From Utricularia gibba (taxonomy: Eukaryota > Plantae > Magnoliophyta), in assembly GCA_002189035.1 (NCBI GenBank), contig CM007989.1:8122001-8186000 (forward strand): a DNA stretch of 64,000 bases, written 5' to 3'. Shown one piece after another: positions 27,648 to 40,491 of this stretch. Numbering within the stretch: the stretch's first letter is position 1; each line of letters starts with the position of its first letter. The notes beneath the pieces were generated by a model, which ran no database searches, was not told the DNA's origin, and was given only the letters and a program-made list of their open reading frames with translations. Position numbers and translations under genes: made by a program.

Positions 27648-30600
27648 ATGGCGAATCGAGCTAGAGAAGATGATAAGAACGAGAAGATCATAAGGAATCT
27701 TTTGAAGCTCCCTGAGAACCGCCGGTGTATAAACTGCAACAGCTTGGTATGCGTCAATTCAGCTTTTTTTCATCTCGTGTATTGAATTCAAAAGTGCCCA
27801 CCTGAATTGTATCAACCATTTCATTGTTCATATGCAACATGCTAGAAGGTTAATTGTGATGAACACTCTTGAATCCCTGCCTTGAAATGCGATTGACAAC
27901 AACCTGGAAGCTGCCATTGCCTGTTAATTATCTTCAATGTTTTCTAGGCTCAACTCATTTCTTTTCTGTCTCAATACCAGGGGCCTCAATATGTATGCAC
28001 AAATTTCTCAACCTTCATTTGCACCACATGCAGTGGGATACAGTGAGTAAAGCAGAGTTCATTTTTTCTTTTTCCCCCTGAATATTCAGCTGTATGGTAA
28101 ATACATATTGAAGCTATATTGCTTGCTTTTTACTTGTGATTAATGGCAGTCGAGAATTTACACATCGGGTGAAGTCGGTATCCATGGCTAAATTCACTTC
28201 TCTTGAAGTCAGTGCCCTTCAGGGAGGGGGGAATGCGGTATGTGGAGAAACTTGAATTTTAAGCACTACCCACATTCTGTTTCAGTGGCTGGCCTTACTG
28301 GCTTATCTCATGTTTGCTAGAGTGCTAGAGAAATATACCTCAAGGAGTGGGATCCTCAACGAAATTCACTTCCTGATGGGAGGTAGATATTTATGCTATG
28401 AGAATTGCTGGTTGAAAATTCTTTTTTTTTTGGACCAGAGTTATGGATTCTTTAATATCTTAACCTCACAGAAATGTTGAACGGCTACGTGATTTCATCA
28501 AGCATGTCTATGTAGATAGAAGGTTTACTGGTGAGCGAATCCTGGATAAGCCTCCTAGGGATAAAATGGCAGGGGTGGGAACTTGCAATCAACCATCTCA
28601 TGTTCATATTTAAATTTTTACGTGCATTCTGGATTCATTGTTGTTTCTGTTACTAATCTGCAGGGAGAAACTGAGGGCTTCAATGGAAACAGAGGAGTAG
28701 ACACATATCAAGGTGGCTCACGGAGTCCCTCTTATGATAATAAGTTTGAACAGCGTCATGGGGATCGGCCAAGTTCTGGTGGAAGAAGTCCTGAAAATTG
28801 GCAAAGCAGAGACTACCGAAGAACTCCTGGCAATACTGAAGTTGTCAATGACTGGAGACGGGAAGATAGGTTTGGAAATGGTAGGAGGTCTGGTAGAAGT
28901 TCAGATGATGAGCTGAAGGTTGATGGTCAATCTCCTGGTCGTCTTAAAGATCCTGAATTGCCTAGTTCCCCTGAAGTTCGCCCTGTTCGTGATATTTTGA
29001 GGGATAATGTATTACCACTACGGGTTATTGAGCCTCCAAATGTTGCTTCGGGGAAGTCAACGGATGGTTCAATGCGCACTCAGGTATATTTTCCTAATAT
29101 GTTTTTCATTGTATTTTCTTTCTGAATCAGCATTGCCTTCATGAGAAGTCATAAGCAATTTCTTGTTGAGACATCTTTTTCAACTACCCCTGGTGATGCT
29201 TTTTTCCATGCGGGGCTGCTCATATTTCCTTTTCAGTATACACTTGATTCAAATATTTGGATGAAACTGTATCTTGTCACCTAGCTGACCTGCATATCCT
29301 TTTTTCACCAGAGAATTGCATCATCCAGCAGTATAGCATCTTCTGATGGTAATCCTTCCGAGACTAAAGTGGATGTACCATTTATTGACTTTGATTCAGC
29401 TCCTGTGGTGACTGCCCCACAAATCCACCAGACTGTTGCAAATGAATCTTCAATCCAACATACAACATCTAGTAACAATGACTGGGCAAATTTCGACTCA
29501 ATGACCGGAGCTAAATTGCAAAGTACATCATCCAACCCATTGGAGTCTATGCTATCAGAGTTTCCCATTTCAACATCAACATCTCCTTCGCCAGGCCTTC
29601 CTGCAGTGACCAGTGTCCCACCATATGGAAGTGCGAATGCACCATCAGTACTTCCCCCTGTTACAAATCCTTCATCAGTAGGGGCACAACCTCAATTCAA
29701 TAATACTCAATCAATTTATGGGACAAATTCTGCCATCTCTGCGAGTAGGCCCCAGAATTCTGTCTTGCCTGGGTACAAGGGGCAGCCCCTTCCTCAAACA
29801 GTTGCACACGCTACTGGTTTGTATCCAAGTAGTAAGGTATCCAGTTGACAGGGCTCTAATGTCTTCTATCATTTTCTGTGATGAACGAATAAATTTACAG
29901 TCTTCAACAGGCATTGAATCCCCAGGCCCAAATGGTCCAGCAACCTCCTCGTCCATCAGTTTTCCCAGGAGCCTCAAATGAATCAAGCAATACCATGGGC
30001 GACTCTCATGGATCAGCTCTAGGGTCTTCGCTGGAATCTAATTCAAGCGGAAGAAAAGCACTACCTGAGGATTTGTTTTCAATGAATTATGCCTACCGTC
30101 CATCACCAGCTTCTGGCTGGTATCCTATTCCTGGATCCCCATATATTCCTGGGATGCCTTTGCAGTATAGCACTCCGGTGGCACCACTGGTAATGCCTTC
30201 ATATTTAATTCTTTCTGTTTGCTAATTGAGTTACCCCACTAGCTTGGTTGATCAGCATTCTCTCAATAGGCTGTAGGTATCATGAACTTTTCTAGGATAG
30301 TTGATCATTTAAACATTATGCATGTTTGTTGTACAAATACATATTTGCTGGTTCATTTTTCATTATCTTTCTCTGGGAAGCCGCTGCGGTGCTGCTTTCA
30401 GGCTATGATTCTTGTGTTGATAGGCACTGTATTAACTTTTCTTTTCCAATTGCAGCATGTACACAATATCCCAGCGCCAGCAAGGTCAAGAAATCCTTTT
30501 GAGGTTGGCAATGAACCATCACAAGCCCATGCTTCAACGGTTTGCTTCTTTTTTTTTTCAATATTCACCATTGAGCTTTCTACATTGTTTTCCATCATTC

Positions 30601-31260
30601 ATCCTAGCTATATAGTATATATAATGCTTGAAACATGGCATGACTTGTAGACTTGTACTACTGTTGATGAGGACCATGGTAATCTCTTGCTAAAACGAAC
30701 CTGGGAATATGCCCACACAACAATTATTCTGAATAACTGAGTCTGTCTGGACTAGCAGCCTGCTGACATCTCTTAACTCTTTGTTTCTTGCTGAATGCCT
30801 CTTAAAATGCAGTTTCCTTCAGTGGCATCTTTGCAAGGCGCATTGCCAGAAATGGCCAACCTTGGGATACCGCATGCTCCCGGCCATATACCGCCTCAGC
30901 ATAACACCATGCCAATGCCGAGCCAAACACCCTTCTATCCAACATCAGCCCCTCAAAGTAACAAAATCATCTCAATCTTTGGAATGCCGCAACATTACAT
31001 ATTTCATCTTATGCCGGTTATTCAACAGGTTCAATCATGGGACAAGGCACATTCAGCGGTGCAGCAGCCAGGTGATGTATAGATTTTTTTACTGATCCTA
31101 CTGGTAAAAGTCTGAATTTGAACATATGAAACTACCCTTTTGCAGGCCTCAAGTTCCCTCCAGCTTCGGCTCCGGTTTCCCATCCCTGAACCCACATCTT
31201 CAGCATGCAACTCATCCTGCTTCAAGCAGTTTCACTTCTGGTGGAAACCCCTTCGGCTGA
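27648..31260 (+). CDS. AGD14: ARF-GAP domain protein, AGD14/NIG-like
   Basis: MANRAREDDKNEKIIRNLLKLPENRRCINCNSL|GPQYVCTNFSTFICTTCSGIH|REFTHRVKSVSMAKFT...RDFIKHVYVDRRFTGE gives the CxxC-x16-CxxC ArfGAP finger. Low-complexity tail with RKALPEDLF, SRNPF and GGNPFG*. Confidence 0.9.
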
Positions 31261-33436
31261 TGGCAGGGAGCAACAGCAAAGCGTGTCTCACCAATCTCAC
31301 TCAACTCATCATCCACAACAACTTGGTGTGTATACCTCATACCTGCTGCGCCTCAGTGTAATTCAAGAAGAAGCTTCAAAGATGTGAACATGGAGTCCAT
31401 GAGGTTAGGTTTCAGTAATTTTTTTTTTCTTTTTTGGGTTGATTCGTTTTTCTGCGTCTGTTATAGTGTGGAATCCTGGGTTTCATTTTTCTCTGTTATC
31501 ACCAGCTTGTAACATCATCACCTGAATTGCTGCCTTGTTGCAATAAAAATAGCACTTTCTAAGAATGTTAAAAAATAGGTATAATTAAATCATTTTGTTC
31601 AATTATAATGGATTTCATTTTTGAATAATCTGAAATTTTTAATGTTCAAAAATATAAAAATATTTTTTATATTTAAAAAAATCTAGCTTTTTTGAAAAAT
31701 TAAAATATGAATATTGGATATTCAAAACTATGTAGATATAGTTACTATATTTAATATCATAATCAAATTTAAACATATAATAATAATGAGATATATATTC
31801 AACCAAAATGCGATCTTAAGTTGCTAATGAGGATGGTGATCATCCAAGAGAAACATAATCTTGATACTTATCTATCTATTTAGTATTAAATAGATAGATA
31901 ATGTTAGGCTCCCCTATAAAATAGGTTGGAAAAGTAAATGTACTTAAAACTAGAGATTGATATAATTTTGTACGATATATTTTTTTCAAAAAAAAAATTA
32001 TGAGAATTTAATATTCAAGTATTATACAAAAGCAACTTACAAAAATGGAAATATTATGAGAGGGGGATACCACAAAAATATTCCACCTAAGGAAACCTTG
32101 AGTCAACTATAATAATTAATGTCATTAATTAAAGAAAACACGTCATTAAGTCCATAATGACATGGTTTGAATGGCCAGCTCAGCACGTTAAATTAATCAT
32201 ATTTTTTCACAAACGTGACCATAAAACCAAGAAACATCATTATGGTGTCTAAAGTTACTACAAAGTTGTAATAATAATAAATATTGAATTTAATATTTAA
32301 GCCGACCTAAAATTGTGGGCCACGACTTCTGGGGGCCCCATTAAAAAATAATAATAATTCCACAATAATCCACGCCAGAGGCATCCCCGGTAAACGTGAA
32401 TAAAAACGAGGGGGGAGAGTAAGATGCATGGCTCTTGACTTGGGGAGTAGCTTTTTGGTCTATGGAATGGACGGAGGATCTTCTCGGTTGACTTCTTTTC
32501 AGAATTCCTGGATCTATGCTAGAGCAAGGGGGAAGCTATAATTCTTCATGAAAGTAAAATAAAAAGTCAAGTTGTATGGGCTAGGGCGGAAAGAGAAAGA
32601 GAAGAAAGCGACTTCGAGCTTCTGGGACGCTGAGAATTGTGATTGCTCATGTTGGCTAAAGAGTGGGTGTAGGGGGGCTTCAGGAATCAACCTTGTGAGC
32701 TCAACTACCGAGAAAAGGTGTTTTATAGGCATCTGGCATTTGGATGTTTCACTTTTGTTATCTTGATGTTGTTGAAGGGTGTGTGGGGTTCTGTTTTTGT
32801 TTCTTTTTTTTGCTTTTAGAGAGTGGACCATTTAAATGTTCGGTAGTGGTGGAGGAACTGGGTTTGGGAACTTTTTTTCTATTTTCCACTTGGTGGAACT
32901 AATTTTTACGAGGACACAGAGGATGGATGCTGAGTTATGGCTTCATCAAATGCCTATTTAGTGATCATTTTTGTCTGTACTGCCACTTTTTGGCAAGGTG
33001 GTTTGAGCTGTTGTTGATATTGGTTGCTATTTGCTTGTAAGTGTTTCTGTATTTGCCACGCTTCTTTGTTAGGCTGGTATTGGGGGGCACAATTGTTATC
33101 ATGCTTCTCGTGATCGAGCTGTCCTGTTATTACAATGTTCCATTCTTCTCTTATTGTTGTTGTTGATCAACCATTCCCTTGTTAGTATCCTTAATTTACC
33201 TTTTCTCCACTATCCGATGCCAGCAGAATTCCCTTTGGAAGCTGGAAGCTCTTTTTGTTTTTTTCACATCCCTCTTCTAAGTCTCTCTGACTTGCGAAGT
33301 GCTTTGATTTTCATTCTTCATGCTGATCATTACACCTTCGATACATTGGGATGACAAAAATTTCTTTCTTATAGAGGAGTGTTTAATGGAGAAAGTGCTC
33401 AGAAATATTTTCTGCACTATTCATAGGTAGCTCAGG

Positions 33437-36149
33437 ATGTCTGGTCGAGAAGGTGGCTATGTGGTTCCATTAGGCGTTAATAATGATGTCACAGGATTCA
33501 CAAAAAAGGGCGGTGATTCAAGAAGCTGGATTACTATTGATTCTTCAGGCCAAGAGAGGTTGCTAGATGTAAATAAGTATGCCATTATGCACCGTGTGCA
33601 TATACATGCACGTGATCTTAGAATCCTCGACCCTTTTCTATCGTACCCCTCCACCATCCTTGGACGAGATAGAGCAATTGTTCTCAATTTAGAGGTTAGT
33701 TTTTTGTATTATTCATTTTTGTTGTTGTTGTTGTTTAAGTTCTTAGAGCACTTTTACTTTGCACAGTCGATTCCTGGCGCGACATTTGTCAAGGAACCTT
33801 TTTTAAGAAATATAAGAGTTATTTTGAACCAAGTTTACATTTCTACATGGTTATATCCAGATTTGCTCACCCTCCTTAAGGTTCTCAAATTCCCTTTTTT
33901 TTGTTGTTTTTGTTCCCATGCAGCATATAAAGGCTATTGTCACAGCTCATGAGGTCAGTTAATGCCTAATTATGTTCTTATATATTGCAGGTGAGTTTGT
34001 TCTGTAATCTTGTTGTAGCATTGCTGATATGCTTGAGTTATTGGTGAAGAAGATAACTCTGAATTTCCTTTTTCCTATGGTCCAATAGTTGTTTTAAAAT
34101 TCTTGGATGACTTGCATGACATCAAGAATGTTACTATTACATTCCTTAACTTGCAGTCCCTTCTTTTAGTACTGAGAATGATTAAGGTTGTTGTTTTCGG
34201 TACGTTATCTGGTTTTACATTATTGAAAATACAGTTTTCAGCCTGCTGTACCAGAATATTTCTTTCACTTGTATTTTCCATGTGTAGATTATTTGAAGGG
34301 CACAGTACTTTAGTTCTTGTTTCTTCTCGTTTCTGGATGGAATGTTGAAATTGTGCAATGCTACATATTATCATACACTAGAACATGAAAGCAGTGCTGG
34401 TTTAACAGGTGTTACTAAGAGATCCGTTTGATGATGATGTCATTCCTGTAGTCGAGGACCTTCGAAGACGGTTGAAACCACTGTTGAACCATGAAAATAG
34501 CTCAGATAGCAATTTCACTTTGCACAATGATGCTGATGCAGCAGAAGAAGGTGGTATTCCTTTGACTTCTTATCTTCCATGCATGTTGTGGAGATCACTC
34601 TGCAGTTCTGGGACCACCCCTTAACTACAATGCTTGCTGTAACCTTAGTTTCATATGCATATCCTAATTGTTTTGAAAAAACATCTATCGTGCAAACAGA
34701 TTCTCCATTTGAATTTCGGGCCCTTGAGATAGCTCTGGAAGCAATTTGCAGTTATTTATCTGCCCGCACAACAGAACTAGAGTCAGCTGTTTACCCAGCT
34801 CTAGATATGCTCACATCAAGGGTTCATTTTTTTTAGATCTATACACGAAATTTATCAACTCTTGTGGGGTGTTAATGATTTTTTCTTCTTCTCTTGTGCA
34901 GGTCAGTAGCCGTAATTTAGATCGTATCCGAAAATTAAAGAGTCAAATGACAAGGTTAACTGCCCGTGTGCAAAAGGTGCTGATACTCTCCAGTTATGAC
35001 ATGGCTGTTAGTTTATCAAATTATGGATTCAGGAGGCTTTTTCCTCTATGTTTCATCTTGAGACCTCACATGTTTTCCCAAGCTAGATTCTATGTTGATA
35101 AAATCTAACCATGCAGAGTCTGCCCATAGACTTTCTTGATACCAGGAGCATCATATCCTTATGGCTAGTTACAGGTTTGTTGTGGTCATAGTTGTTTTAT
35201 CTCATCACCTTGATGCAGGTAAGAGATGAGTTAGAGCAGCTTTTGGATGATGACGATGACATGGCAGACCTTTACTTGTCCAGGAAAATTCCTGGCGCAT
35301 CACCTTTGAGTACGACAGGTGCTGCTAAATGGTCTCTTTCTTCACCTAATACTGCATCTAAGATATCCCGAGCTAGCCGGGCAAGTGTGACAGCAGGTCA
35401 TGAGGGTGAAAATGATGTTGAGGAACTTGAGATGCTGCTTGAGGTACAATGAATCCTATCAGATGTTTTCAAAGAAAAAGGAAAATGCATTGAGTAGTTT
35501 CTTTGCAGGCTTATTTCATGCAAATAGATGGCACACTCAACAAACTGAATACGGTATGTGAATCATGATCCTTGATTCCCAGAAGCATATAGCCTTCAAA
35601 CCTGCATACCATGTCCTGATTTCACTGATTTTGCATCTTCCAGCTTCGAGAATACATTGATAACACTGAAGATTACATCAACATTCAGGTACGTAAGTCG
35701 AGATACTCTGGTTAAAGTTCTAGCATTTTCATAACTGACAACCTGATCCATAACCCTGCAGCTTGACAATCACCGGAACCAGCTGATTCAGGTCTGGATC
35801 TTGCATTATCCACCCTCTTTCTACATATCATTGAGTAGGATGGGATGCTGAACGCCCTCTCTCTCTGCAGTTAGAGCTGATTCTCAGCGCTGCAACCTTG
35901 AGTTTATCGGTGTATGCATTGGTGGCTGGAATTTTTGGCATGAATATTCCGTATACTTGGAACGATGACCATGCGTACATTTTCAAATGGGTGAGCCAGA
36001 GTCCATCTCTTTCTGATCTTTCATCAAAACACTGGAGCTAATTTTCCAGGATTTCTGCTCAGGTCGTCATCCTTACAGGAGGTGTCTGCTTGCTCGTTTT
36101 TTCCCTCATCCTGATCTGGGCTCGGCAAAAGAAACTCATTGGCGCATGA
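33437..36149 (+). CDS. MRS2: MRS2/MGT magnesium transporter (CorA superfamily)
   Basis: [28 protein letters not shown]|[45 protein letters not shown] and the GMN signature (GIFGMNIP). Confidence 0.95.
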
Positions 36150-36636
36150 ATTACTGAGGCTGAGGCAGCTTGAGTCTTCTAGTTTCTTTTTCCTTCTGTT
36201 TCACCTTTTCCACTTGTTGATGCAAATAAAACTAGCTGCATCGTTAGTTCCCCCTCCGCCGCTTCTGTTCAGTGTACGTGATACTGATGGGTGTACGTTA
36301 ATACTAGTTTCGTACATCTTGCTTTCATGTGTATTCATCGCCACCGCCGCACCGGTAACACGAAAAGCTGCCGGCGTAGTTCAGCACCGCGCCGGAATAT
36401 TCCATGGAATAGTTCAACTCAAATTCTGTCCAAGCTACGCAAACATTAGAAAGTACTATATTACCCCCCTTATAGAGATATTAAAGCTTTATTTATTTAT
36501 TTATTTGTTCACCTGAGAAAATAGAGGGAATCCATCTGAAGCTAGGGATTCATTTTCTTGCCTCTCTGGGTTGCCGAGTGCCCGGAATCTTCGACTGGCT
36601 AAATTTTTGGGCTTTTGAGGTAATTGGTAGGGGGAA

Positions 36637-37889
36637 ATGGAGGAAATCACTGAGGGGGTGGCGAATGTCAACATCTCCGGAGATTCACAGAGAAACAGAA
36701 TCCAGGTTTCCAATACCAAGAAGCCTCTATTCTTCTACGTTAATCTCTCCAAGGTATCGTTTTTTTTTTATTCTGAGTGTTTGCCTTATTCCCTTTGTGC
36801 ACAATTAGTTTCGGAAACAGTGTATTGTGAAGTGCATAAGGGTTTGAATCAGACAATGAATTGGGAACTGATATCTGGATACATTGGAAATGGCAGAGGT
36901 ATATGCAGCAGCATAATGAGGTGGAGCTTTCCGCCCTTGGAATGGGTACGTACATGTTTTATTCTAGGGTTGTGTGTCGTCCCTAATCCCTATAGGTAAA
37001 TTTGGATTATTTGCGAGGTTAATTGTTTTTCCAGAAGTAGTTTTTTGTTCGGCTCTCTGGTTGTGGGAAACTTTTAAATGATGAAAAAAAAACATTGAAT
37101 TGAGTGCATTTTGAATAGCTTTGTAAGTTTCCCCTATACTGCGGTAGTAGCTTAATGTTCGATTAATATGACGATATAGCTTAATCTTGATGGAAGTGTA
37201 TGAGAGTTTCGCTTTGCTTATTGCTGTCTAGGAAAGCCTAGTTCTTGGCTGAATGCCGAGAGTCCAAAGTGGGAAAAGCTTGTTTGCTACTGTATTATTT
37301 TTGTGTCTGAATTGAATCGAGTTCTCAATCATCCTGAGGCATTTTTATGTACATTTTTATTGCTTATTTCTGATGCTTTTCGTTATGTTACTGGTATAGC
37401 TATTTCTACCGTTGTGAGTATTGCTGAGATCTTGAAGAATAATGGGTTTGCCGTCGAGAAGAGTAATGCTCTCTTCCTTCACTCTCATTCTTATTATACA
37501 AACAGTGAAAACGCTAAGTAATTAGATGGTGCATCCTGTATACTTACAGTAAAAACATTGCGATATTGCAGAAATTATGACCTCAACTGTTGAAATCAGA
37601 GATGGGCCCAGAGGAAGACCCATCTCAAAAGCCAAAGTAAGTTTTTCAGTGAATATCCTCCATAAACTGTTTCTTTTGTTCTATTTCTATTCTGCTTGCT
37701 CCTCTTGAGTTATCGATCCATTAGGCATTCGTTCCGTATATTACACCAACCGTGCCGTATTGCCTATCACCTTACTATGGCCTTATCATTTACTAGATTG
37801 AGATTGTGCTTGGGAAGACTGAGAAGTTCGATGAACTTATGGCTGCCGCTGCAGAGGAGAGGCCTGGAAATGATGATGAGCAGAGCTAG
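36637..37889 (+). CDS. ALBA: Alba DNA/RNA-binding protein (short Rpp20-like type)
   Basis: Five exons: NRIQVSNTKKPLFFYVNLSK|RYMQQHNEVELSALGM|AISTVVSIAEILKNNGFAVEK|KIMTSTVEI...|IEIVLGKTEKFDELMAAA. Confidence 0.93.
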
Positions 37890-38775
37890 AACTCTTCCTC
37901 ATCTCATTGTTTTTATGTTCTTTTCGAGTCTAAAGTCAGTTTTGTTATTGTCGGAGTTTGCTGCATGGTAAAGATCCTTTACCGTACATTTTCATGTTGA
38001 ACCAATATGAACTCAAATCTAGTGTCAGATGGGAAGATTATGCTTAGCAGACTAGATTTCAAATTATTTCTTTCTTACCCAGACAAGTATTGACGATTAT
38101 ACAAGTTGTCTCGCTCTCTACACACGTTTATTGTGTTCTAGTTCTGAAATTTTAATCAAATGTCCGTGTAGAGCTTATTTTTTCAGCATGCTTTGATGAC
38201 AGAAGTGGAAGAGACAGACTCTTCATCTTAGATGCTTTTTCACATTTTCAATGTCTTGTTTTTCTTACATTGAATCTCGCTCAAGGAATCCAAGTTTGCT
38301 TTTTGCTAGAGATTTCCAACTCAAAATTTAATTTTTAGATTTCCCAAAATCTAGTCTTCTACTTACCTTGACACGTGACACGATCTACTAAATCCATTAA
38401 TAATTCAGACACGAAATCGAAACTATGAACTAGAGAAAGGGGTACTTTTGTAATTTGAGGAATCCAGTTGAGCCAGAGGCCAATGCTTGGAAGGAAAGAG
38501 GCAGAGCAGCTGCCATTCAGGAGGTCATTTGTGTGGATAAGAATAAATAGTGATCGTCCTTTTGGAGTCAGGCGACTTGTATGGGGAAGATGGTGATGAA
38601 TTGAAATTGGATCGTGTACGGGAAATCCAGCGCCAACTTTCATCGGTTTTGACCCCCAATTTTGTTCTTTATTTACACTCTTCTTGCTTGCACTCAACAT
38701 GAGTTTCAGTTTCGCCCGTTTCCTTTCCCTAGAGCGAAGCTAGTGTTTCAAGGTCCAGTTTTTATAGTTGAAGAA

Positions 38776-40329
38776 ATGGCTTCTCTACCTCCCACTTCGA
38801 GTCCCTTCACCCTTTCGACGGAGCGTCAATTGTCGCCCTTGAAAGTGCATAAAAGCCTCACCTTTCCATCACCCATGTCGACTTTCTCCCCAAGGAAACT
38901 GAGGATGGTTGTGGTTTCTGCAACTACTGCTGCTGATAAGCCCAAGAAGAGGTATCCTGGTGAGGCGAAGGGTTTTGTGGAGGAGATGAGGTTTGTAGCC
39001 ATGAACTTGCACACAAAAGATCAAGCCAAGGAAGGGAAGAAGGAAACTGTGGGGCAGCCCTTTGCTAAGTGGGAGCCAAGTATCGAAGGGTACTTGAAGT
39101 TTTTAGTGGATAGTGAATTGGTCTATGATACTCTTGAGAGAATTGTTGACATGTCCCCTGAATGTGAGTAGCTATACCCAATTTTTCCATCTATGCTTTT
39201 ATGTACTTTGGATGTATTGTCCTGCATGCGTAGATGGCTATGACCTTTGATCCTGCACTTATAGGCTATTACATGTGACATTTGGTAGGGTAGTACTCTT
39301 TCCGGAGTGCCCCTTTTCTTTTGTGATTTTATAATCGCTGCTCCAAGTTCTGGGACATTAGTCTCAGGCGGTGAGGTGAAAACAAGAGAAGGTCTAGACA
39401 TAAGTTTCTCTTTATCTAACTTCAAATCATTGTATTAAGTCTTAGTTAACTGTTTTTTTTTTTTTTTTTCTTGTGGAATTCCTTCATGGCATGATTAGTC
39501 TAGCCTCATTGAACTCCATGCTACAGATGCTGAGTTTCGGAGCACGGGTCTTGAGAGATCAGAAGCCCTGGTTAAGGACTTGGAATGGTTTAGCCAGAAG
39601 GGTCATGGCATTCCTGAACCATCTCAAGCCTCCATTGACTATGCACAGTACCTTAAGGAGTTATCTGAGAATGATTCTCCAGCCTTTGTCTGTCATTTTT
39701 ACAACACATATTTTGCTCACTCTGCTGGTGGCCGGATGATTGGTAGAAAGGTAATTTTGTATGATTCAGACCTCTCATTCTTGTGAGCATGCATACATAC
39801 AAGTTATACACCCTGTTGAGTCTTCCTTTTTTGCATACTGTTGCAACATACGTAGACACTCATTGAAGCAATTAGTTGCAGTGAGTGAGCCAGTTTTTGA
39901 TGGATGTTGGGAACCTTCGTGTAGTCTGTCAAATGAGATTACCTCTGTTCCCTTGATGGGATTAGGAATGATTCAAGTCTTTGGATGCTAAAAGAAAAGC
40001 AGAATAAACAAAAGTATTGGATTATTTGTGTTGTTGACATGTACCAGGTGGCTGAGAAGCTCTTAAGTGGCAAAGAACTAGAGTTCTACAAATGGGAAGG
40101 TGATCTCTCCCAACTCCTGCAACAAGTTCGTGATAAGTTGAATCGGGTGGCTGAAGTACGAACTTCATTTCTATTCCTCCAAAACTTTCCATTCAGATGT
40201 GTTTGGTGTTTTAACAGATTGTACTGTGTGATACAGGGGTGGACCAGAGAGGAGAAGGACCACTGCTTGGAAGAAACTGAGAAATCCTTCATGTTTTCTG
40301 GGCAGATTCTTCGATTGATATTGTCCTAA
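38776..40329 (+). CDS. HO1: Heme oxygenase 1, plastid (HY1/HO1-like)
   Basis: Transit peptide, [64 protein letters not shown]; four exons. Confidence 0.95.
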
Positions 40330-40491
40330 ACACATGTAACTGCTATCTCCGTATCCAAAATAAATTCCATTGCCACGCACATTAGCAGCACAATCTAGAA
40401 ACCAACCATCTCAGAGTGATTAATCAAAGTAAGAAACCATTCATTGTGTAGACGTTTTGGAACAGTAATAAAAGAATCAATCAGCCATCAA

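Noticed and set aside
29294-29302. U12-type donor ATATCCTTT in the ArfGAP gene
   Set aside because: Sits in the polypyrimidine tract immediately before an ordinary CAG acceptor whose exon reads in frame.
34142-34156. U12 branch-point-like TTCCTTAAC followed by TTGCAG in an MRS2 intron
   Set aside because: The flanking exons join through ordinary GT-AG sites, there is no matching U12 donor for this intron, and the spacing to AG is short.
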